Of a stretch of 22,196 bases of DNA, positions 15,308-22,196 are shown in pieces (within the stretch, counting starts at the first letter, position 1; every line of letters begins with the position of its first letter). The position numbers and the translations under genes were made by a program. This DNA is from Nitrospirota bacterium (lineage in GTDB: Bacteria > Nitrospirota > Thermodesulfovibrionia > Thermodesulfovibrionales > Dissulfurispiraceae). The notes under the pieces are model-generated. The model was given only the letters and a program-made list of their open reading frames with translations. It was not told the origin of the DNA and ran no database searches. The stretch lies in the NCBI GenBank assembly GCA_040754455.1, contig JBFMCP010000045.1:1-22196 (forward strand), written 5' to 3'.

Positions 15308-17128
15308 ATGAGTACCTATAGTATTGTGCAGAATGGCAGAAGCGAAACATCACCCTACTGTATACTCACCGGCAGGATACACCGCGGTATCCCTTTCCTG
15401 CAGGGACGGAGAGCAGATGTCCTCAAGGAGCGCACCTCTCTCTGGCCGCTCCTGCTCGGACCATTCTTCGGCATGCTCTACATGGTATTTCTCCCTCTGC
15501 TCTTTCTCCTCTTCGTCTTCATGGTCGTACCGGGAATCGTGCTCGCCAAGACACAGGACATCGCGCTCAAAGGAGAGTCAGCGCTCTGCATGGGCTGCCA
15601 CGCAGTTGAAGGAATGACCAAAAAATTCAAGAACAACGAGGAGATCTCGCTCCATGTCGATGCAAAAAAGATACAGGAGGGCGTACACAGTTTCCTCTCC
15701 TGCACCGATTGTCATCGGGACATCTCCAAAGAGAGCCATCCTGCAGGCAGGGAGTTCAAGAGCAGAGAGGATTTCGTGGCATCGACTTCCCGGATGTGCA
15801 GGACCTGTCATAGCGATGATGCGCTCAAGACAAAGCGCATGCACTACCAGGCGATCACCCAGGCAAAAGCCCCGCCCTGCGTCGAATGTCACGGTGCACA
15901 TGCAGTCAAGCGCGCAGCTACCCTTAAAAAAACAGTCAATGACACTACCTATTGCCTCACCTGTCATCAGAGAAGCCTTACCATCTCTTCGATCGGCACC
16001 ACAACCTCGATAAAAGAGATTCATCTGAAAAATTCAGTGCACAAGAACCTCAAATGCCCGGATTGTCACACAGGGTTCTCAAAGGAAAGCCATCCGTTAA
16101 CGACCTTTGCCCATACGCGTGATCACTCGATAGCGCTCTCCGGAACCTGCAAGCGTTGCCACCAGGACAAGCTGGTTCAGGTCGAAGGAAGCATCCACGC
16201 CTCCATGCTGAGGAAAAATAATCTCAACGCCCCTGTCTGTACGGACTGCCACGGGTTTCACGACATTCCCTCCAAGGCTGCCTATGCGACAATGAGCGGG
16301 GTGCCGTGCAAGAAATGCCACGATGAGGTCTTCCGGTCGTATGCCGAAAGCGTGCATGGAAAGGCAAAGATGAACGGCCGCCAGGAGGCCCCTCTCTGCT
16401 CCTCCTGTCACTTCGCTCATGAGGTCAAGCCCGTAGCGCTGAATGACAAAATGAAGAGTACCTGTTTCGGCTGCCATCGGAATGCAGAGACGCTGCACCA
16501 GAAGTGGCTCCCGAACACAACGCTCCACCTCGATACGGTTTCCTGCTCGGTCTGTCACTCTCCTGATGCCGATCACGGCATTACCCTCCGTCTTGTGAAC
16601 AAAGACACCGGTCAGCCTATTACAGAAGAGCAGATCATCGCACTCCTTGGAGAGAACTACAGGAACCTGATCAGATCGATGAGCCAGGGTGAGGGAATAG
16701 ATCCCAAGGGTCTCGCGAATATCGTGAGCGTACTGAACGAAAAAGGTGCGCGGACAAAGGCGACCTTCATTGGGTCGATGAGCAGCAAGGGTGCCGGGGC
16801 ACACAAGCTGGCGCTCAAGCAGAAGGCGGTCAAAGAGTGCGAGCAATGCCATAACGCCAACTCCGAATTCTTTAAGAACGTTGCGGTCGCGATCGTCAGG
16901 GCCGACGGAACGGAAATGCTCTTTGACGCACGGCAGGAAGTGCTGGGTTCGCTCTTTTCGACATTACCGGCCGGCCAGTTCTATGTACTCGGCGGCACAC
17001 GGCTGCGTCTGCTCGACTATGTGGGCATCCTCATGGTCGTCGGCGGCGCCACCTTCCCCATCGCACATCTGACACTCAGGGCACTTACCGCCCCGATCAG
17101 AAAAAACAGAAAGGAGAGACGCTCATGA
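15308..17128 (+). CDS. Membrane-anchored multiheme cytochrome c, 13 CxxCH motifs (CbcA-like)
   Basis: CMGCH, CTDCH, CRTCH, CVECH, CLTCH, CPDCH, CKRCH, CTDCH, CKKCH, CSSCH, CFGCH, CSVCH, CEQCH; N-terminal hydrophobic segment and C-terminal TM helix with a His; SD AAGGAGG. Confidence 0.93.
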   Translation: MSTYSIVQNGRSETSPYCILTGRIHRGIPFLQGRRADVLKERTSLWPLLLGPFFGMLYMVFLPLLFLLFVFMVVPGIVLAKTQDIALKGESALCMGCHAVEGMTKKFKNNEEISLHVDAKKIQEGVHSFLSCTDCHRDISKESHPAGREFKSREDFVASTSRMCRTCHSDDALKTKRMHYQAITQAKAPPCVECHGAHAVKRAATLKKTVNDTTYCLTCHQRSLTISSIGTTTSIKEIHLKNSVHKNLKCPDCHTGFSKESHPLTTFAHTRDHSIALSGTCKRCHQDKLVQVEGSIHASMLRKNNLNAPVCTDCHGFHDIPSKAAYATMSGVPCKKCHDEVFRSYAESVHGKAKMNGRQEAPLCSSCHFAHEVKPVALNDKMKSTCFGCHRNAETLHQKWLPNTTLHLDTVSCSVCHSPDADHGITLRLVNKDTGQPITEEQIIALLGENYRNLIRSMSQGEGIDPKGLANIVSVLNEKGARTKATFIGSMSSKGAGAHKLALKQKAVKECEQCHNANSEFFKNVAVAIVRADGTEMLFDARQEVLGSLFSTLPAGQFYVLGGTRLRLLDYVGILMVVGGATFPIAHLTLRALTAPIRKNRKERRS

Positions 17129-17757
17129 AACGCATAGACCTTCATCCCCTGCCGGTCAGGGTTTGGCACTGGATCAATGCCGTCAGTTTCATCGTACTGA
17201 TCGTCACCGGCATTCAGCTCCGCTATCGTGACTACGTAAATTTCATGCCCTTCAGGACAGCGGTGGATGTGCACAACATCTTCGGCTTCATACTGACCGC
17301 CAACCTCTTCATATGGGTGCTCTACTACTTCGCCACGGGCAAGATCAAACTATACATTCCCGAACTGAACCTGAAAAAGCTCATTAAGGAGATGATTATC
17401 CAGGCCAAATACTATGGATACGGGATATTCATCGGGGAACCCAATCCCCATCATGCAATGCCCGACAATAAATTCAACGCCATGCAGAAGACCCTCTATC
17501 TTGCGATCATGGCACTCCTGATCCCGGCACAGATCGTTACCGGCTTCCTGCTCTGGGACGTGAAAGGGTTCCAGAAATGGATCAACCTCCTCGGAGGGCT
17601 GAAGCTGATCGATTCGGTCCATGTCTTCCTCTTCCTCTTCTTCACCACCTTCATCTTCATCCATGTGTATCTGGCCACCCTAGGCCATACGCCCCTTGCC
17701 CACATCAAGGCCATGTTCACCGGGTATGAGGAGGTAGAAGAGGAGCACGTCCACTGA
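17125..17757 (+). CDS. Di-heme cytochrome b (hydrogenase/formate-dehydrogenase cyt b type; CbcB-like)
   Basis: Four TM segments with His ligands (RVWHW, DVHN, SVHV, FIHVY); KFNAMQK and AMFTG motifs; ATGA overlap with the cytochrome c gene. Confidence 0.92.
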   Translation: MKRIDLHPLPVRVWHWINAVSFIVLIVTGIQLRYRDYVNFMPFRTAVDVHNIFGFILTANLFIWVLYYFATGKIKLYIPELNLKKLIKEMIIQAKYYGYGIFIGEPNPHHAMPDNKFNAMQKTLYLAIMALLIPAQIVTGFLLWDVKGFQKWINLLGGLKLIDSVHVFLFLFFTTFIFIHVYLATLGHTPLAHIKAMFTGYEEVEEEHVH

Positions 17758-17775
17758 GGCTTATTGCCGCACAAA

Positions 17776-17806
17776 GCGGGGAGGAGATCGTCTATCTCCT
17801 CTCCGC
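17776..17806. terminator. GC-rich hairpin after the cytochrome b gene
   Basis: GCGGGGAGGAGAT-cgtct-ATCTCCTCTCCGC, 13 bp with one G-U on the + strand; the U-tract is poor. Confidence 0.55.
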
Positions 17807-17914
17807 AATCCACCTTTATTAGATCTTTACTTGTAGCCTATTGAGAGAGGGCTTACATTTTAGCCGAGATTCGGTGACTGCTATCACCAAAACAGCAAAA
17901 AGCCATTTTGGTCA

Positions 17915-17943
17915 TTGACAAAGGGTCTCAAACATTCTAAATT
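17915..17943 (+). promoter_or_regulatory. Sigma70-type promoter upstream of the riboswitch/RHS gene
   Basis: TTGACA (17915-17920), 17 nt, TAAATT (17938-17943). Confidence 0.7.
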
Positions 17944-18047
17944 AAAACCGAACAGACCAACATTGCCACTATAGATCGGGGGGATCGAAGACCGCACGTA
18001 TCAAGCCGACACATACTATTCCATCAATCTGTTATCTGATGGATTAA

Positions 18048-18132
18048 CCACCGAAATGGTAAACCCAGGGTAACCTGGGGACACAAAGCCACTTATCCAG
18101 TTCTTAACTGGATAGAAGGGCTACCGAAGTGG
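18048..18132 (+). promoter_or_regulatory. c-di-GMP-I (GEMM-I) riboswitch aptamer
   Basis: GGTAAA-CCCAGG-GTAA-CCTGGG-GACACAAAGCC...GGCTACCG matches the class consensus GGYAAAC...GNRA...GACRCAAAGC...GYYRCCG. Second hairpin CTTATCCAGTT/AACTGGAT-AG-AAG; closing CCAC/GTGG. Confidence 0.9.
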
Positions 18133-18151
18133 AAAATGGCGAATTGCAAGC

Positions 18152-18185
18152 AAGCCTACTCTTTTCGGGAGTAGGCTTTTTTGTT
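18152..18185 (+). terminator. Intrinsic terminator forming the riboswitch expression platform
   Basis: AAGCCTACTC-ttttcgg-GAGTAGGCTT running into a U-tract (TTTTTTGTT, 18177-18185), located between the aptamer and the RHS start codon. Confidence 0.9.
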
Positions 18186-18267
18186 GGCAAAATATAGATG
18201 AAAGGGCAAGCTGTGGGGAAAATTCCTAAGAAACTTTTGATGAAGATAACAGGAGGCAAAAGAAAAA

Positions 18268-21200
18268 ATGAAAAACGAGAGGGTTAGCAATGCAGATAAA
18301 GTAATACTAACCTTAGCATCGGTTATCTGCTCCATTGCCCTTATTCCTGCTCATGCTTATACAATATCTGAGCTTCCACCACATTACACAACGAGCATGA
18401 TATTAAATGATACAGGCCTCCAAAAAGTTTCGACTGCTGGCTTAAAGGTAGCTGATGGCGCATGGGTTGCCAAATCAATGCTTGGTCTTGCCGGGGATGG
18501 TTTGGATTTGAATGTTGCTCTGACAAGTTGTGATCCATCCAGAAACTTGATAGACGCCAATAAGCTTAACCTGCAAGCCACTGCGATGCCAATCCCGCAA
18601 GGGTTTGGATTCGTAGATTTAGGAGGTGGAAATGCCGAAATAACATCTTACTTTAAGCTTTATATGTCATGCGGCAGCAATCGACGCTACGAGCCTGATC
18701 CTCCCCAAAATCCATGCATATTTGGCGTTAATCTTGCTTCTGGTGCTTATGAAAGTGGAACAATAGTGGTGAGTCGTCAAGTATTAGGAGAGAAGCTCTG
18801 CGGCGGTTATCCTGAGCTGGAAGTTATCAATTATAAGATGTATTGCAGATATCATAATAGGCCATCAACAACTCCAAATATTACGATTCTTACAACAACT
18901 CTAACGGAATCAACGTCACAAGAGCAACAAAACGTTATTGATTTGACTCAAAAGATAAGTCAGGCCCTTGAGCAAACAGATTCATCTTCTACATGGCATA
19001 CAGCAAGAACAAAGCTGCAAGAGGCTAAAAGTATTCTTGAAAATTGCATCTCAATGCAAGAGAGCGTTGATTATACTATTGCTGAGGGTGCCTCCACTGA
19101 TCTTGGTTGCTCACTAAACAATACCCCTGTCGGCTCATCGGCCAATCTGAAGAGCGGTAACCTGTATCACTCTCAGGAAGTTGGTGGATTAACGTTATCC
19201 TATAACAGCCTGGATACGTATAAGGGCCCGCTTGGAAAGGGGTGGACCCATAACTATAATCTGCATATTACCTCCAGTGCCGGGGACCTTGTCTTAAAGA
19301 GAGAGGATGGTAATAACGTCTATTTTAAGCTATCAAATGGCATCTACTATCCTGATAATAAGAATGGTGATACCTCATCTATTGTCAAGAATCAGGATGG
19401 TACATATACCAGGACTTTAAAGAATGGCACAGTCCATACTTTTGATTCATCGAGCAAGCTTAGTTCCATCAGAGATATAAATGGAAACACAACCACGTTG
19501 ACGTACAATGGCAATGATCTGATAGGCATTACTGATTCATCAGGGAGGACAATCAGCATTGCCAACACAAATGGCAGGATCATCTCGATTACTGACATCA
19601 GCGGCAAAGTATCGACCATTGCCTACACGGGAGACTTCCTGATCGACATCGCTGATTCCACAGATGCCAGTTGGTCTTACATCTATGATGCAAGCGGCAG
19701 GCTGCAGACCAAGACCGATCCTCTCGGCAATACGACAACCTATACCTATGCTGCAGACGGGAAACTTATTGCCTCTATCGATCCAGAAGGCAAAGTAAAG
19801 AGCATTGTATATAACGTAACGAGCAGTACCGCACAGGTAACCGAACGGGACGGCGGCGTATGGCTGCATAGGTATGACAGTACGCTCAATGTGCCTCTTG
19901 AGGTAACCGATCCTCAAGGGAATGCTACAAGGTACTCCTATGATGCAAAGGGTAATCTTATGTCCAAGGCGGAACCTGACGGCAGCACTACCTCTTATAG
20001 CTATGATGAGCGGGGCAATGTGACCTCGGTGACCGATCCTCTGGGTAACACTACCTCTTATACCTACAATGAACTGAACAGAGTCACAAGCAGTACTGAT
20101 CCTCATGGCAATACGACCGCCTACACCTACGATGTAAAAGGCAATCTGGCCTCGGTAAACCGATCCGGTTGGAGCGGCCACGCAGTACCAGTATGACTCC
20201 AAAGGCAATATCACTACTATTTTCAATCCAAACGGTCAGCAGATCCATTTGACCTATGACCAGTACAGTAACATTGCTTCAGTTACAGACCCCAGTGGTG
20301 CAGTCACCACGTTTACCTATGATGCCGCTGGCAACATGATTGGCCAGACCGACAGTCTTGGCAATACCACCAGATTTGAATACGACAGCCTTTACCGACT
20401 CATCAAAATCATTGATCCTAAAGGCAAGGCAACCACCTTTACCTATGATGCCAAGGGCAACAGGACATCAATCACCGATGCCAACGGCAATACGACTTAC
20501 TACGAGTACAATTTCAAGGGACAGGTCACAAAGGTAAAGGATGCTTTGGGAAAGAGTACTTTGTTCACCTATGGCACTACCGGCTGCTCATTATGCGGCA
20601 GCAGTGGCACTGACAAGCTTACCGCCCTTACCGATGCTAACGACAATGCCACAACGTACCAATACGACCAAATGGGAAGGGTAATCAGTGAGACCGACTC
20701 CTTAGGCAACACAACAAAGTACGCCTATGATGCCAAGGGGAATCTTTCAGTAAAGACCGATGCTAATGGCAACACTATCACCTATACCTACGATGCCTTA
20801 AACAGGCTTACGCAGAAGACCTATCCCGATAGTACGGCAGAAGTCTTTCAGTACGATGCAAAGGGCAATATTACCTATGCCGTCAATCAGCAGATCGCCT
20901 ATACTCTCGCCTATGATGTAAAAGGGAGACTGACCAGCGTCACCGACTCGTATGGACGCACCATCACCTACGGCTATGACGAGATGGGCAACAGGACGGA
21001 AGCTGTCACCCCTGAAGGGGAAAAGATGACTTACAGCTATGATGCAAACAACCGTCTTGTGCAGTTGCGGTCACCTGCCGGGAAGTTCGACTTCACCTAT
21101 GATACCCTGGGCAGAAGGACGAAGCTGACCTATCCGAACGGCGTTACCACCACCTACTCTTATGATACAAACAGTTATCTGACCGGCATCCTGACCAGAA

Positions 21201-22196
21201 ACTCAAAGCTTCAGACACTCAGCTCCTATACCTACACGCATGATAACGTGGGCAACAGGACCTCCAGGACCGAAACAGATACGAAGTACACGTATGCTTA
21301 TGATGCCGTGTACCAGCTGCAGCAGTCCTTGCCAACCAAGCTGAAGGGCAAGGACAAAGAGCAGGAGCATAAAGCCGAGCAGTTCACCTATGACCCGGTC
21401 GGCAACAGGCTTGCAGGGCCGAAGCACAGTGACTACTATACGTACAATGAAGGGAACCAGCTTCTTGACGATAAAAAGTATAACTACGAGTACGACCGGA
21501 ACGGAAATCTGGTGAAAAAGACTGAACTGGATGATAATGGCAAAGCAAAGGTCTCTACCTACAGTTATGATTACGAGAACAGGCTGATAAAGGTCGAGAT
21601 ATGGAAAGAAGACAAGGTTAAAGTAGTGACCTTTACCTATGATCCTTTTGGCAGGAGGATTTCAAAGACCGTAGCCAAAGATGAAGCTGACAACGACGAT
21701 GATGATAACGAGAGACCAAGGACGACCTATTACGTCTATGACAATGAGGATATCATTTTGGAGTATAATAACAAGGGAAGAGTGACCGCCCGATATGTCC
21801 ACGGGTTTGGTATCGATGAGCCTCTGGCAGTGGAGCAGAAAGGAGATCTGTACTACTATCATGCCGATGGATTGGGGAGTATCACTGCACTCACTGATGA
21901 CCGGGGCAGAGTGGTGCAGACCTATGATTATGATTCCTTCGGCAACATGAAGCAGCATGGACATAAGGTAAAGCAACCCTATACGTATACCGGAAGGGAG
22001 TGGGACAAAGAGACAGGCTTGTACTACTATAGGGCGAGGTATTATGATTCAAAAGCAGGTAAATTCATCAGCGAAGACCCGATAGGATTCGACGGAGGTG
22101 ATGTGAACCTCTACAACTACGTCGATAGTGTCGGAAAACCCCTCACAGAGACAAATCCATACCTTTACACTGGCAACAACCCCATCAATAGAATAG
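18268..22196 (+). CDS. RHS/YD-repeat protein with N-terminal signal peptide; frameshifted at 20157-20159 and truncated by the window end (at least 1309 aa if repaired)
   Basis: SD GGAGG; signal peptide ending AHA; DUF6531-like segment (ANLKSGNL...LSYNS...GPLGKGWTHNY); YD repeats. A second frame from 20159 to 22196 has no stop codon and contains further YD repeats and the RHS core (YYYHADGLGS...YTGREWDKETGLYYYRARYYD...FISEDPIG...NNPINRI). Confidence 0.93.

Noticed and set aside
17950..18045. Possible second (tandem) riboswitch in the RHS leader
   Set aside because: Only a simple hairpin (TCCATCA/TGATGGA) is visible, with no GEMM or other aptamer consensus recognised.
19540..20226. 228-aa minus-strand ORF and other short ORFs within the RHS gene
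   Set aside because: Antisense or out-of-frame shadows of the repetitive YD coding sequence.

Overview
Bacterial chromosomal window, probably from an anaerobic Gram-negative lineage such as Nitrospirota or Desulfobacterota (inferred from gene content only). Bases 1-127 are the left end of an IS1202/ISNCY-type insertion sequence with the first 12 codons of its transposase. Bases 163-14396 are a minus-strand run of mostly housekeeping genes, in transcription order: rhomboid, rplI, dnaB, MEMO1/AmmeMemoRadiSam-B, mobA, tatA, alr, aspartate aminotransferase, era, DUF151 nuclease, recO. Between alr and the aminotransferase lies a five-gene envelope cluster: TPR + beta-barrel outer-membrane protein, Crp/Fnr regulator, FecR-domain protein, C39 peptidase lipoprotein, TPR lipoprotein. 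An unexplained 158-nt rod-like hairpin lies at 14480-14637. The plus strand then carries a small membrane protein, a 13-heme cytochrome c and a cytochrome b (Cbc-like quinol oxidase module). After these come a sigma70 promoter, a c-di-GMP-I riboswitch with terminator, and a signal-peptide-bearing RHS/YD protein. The RHS gene is split by a one-base insertion and runs off the window just before the expected DPxG/toxin tip. Short 7-nt-period repeat arrays occur at several gene junctions and inside alr. No database searches were run; all calls come from motif recognition.
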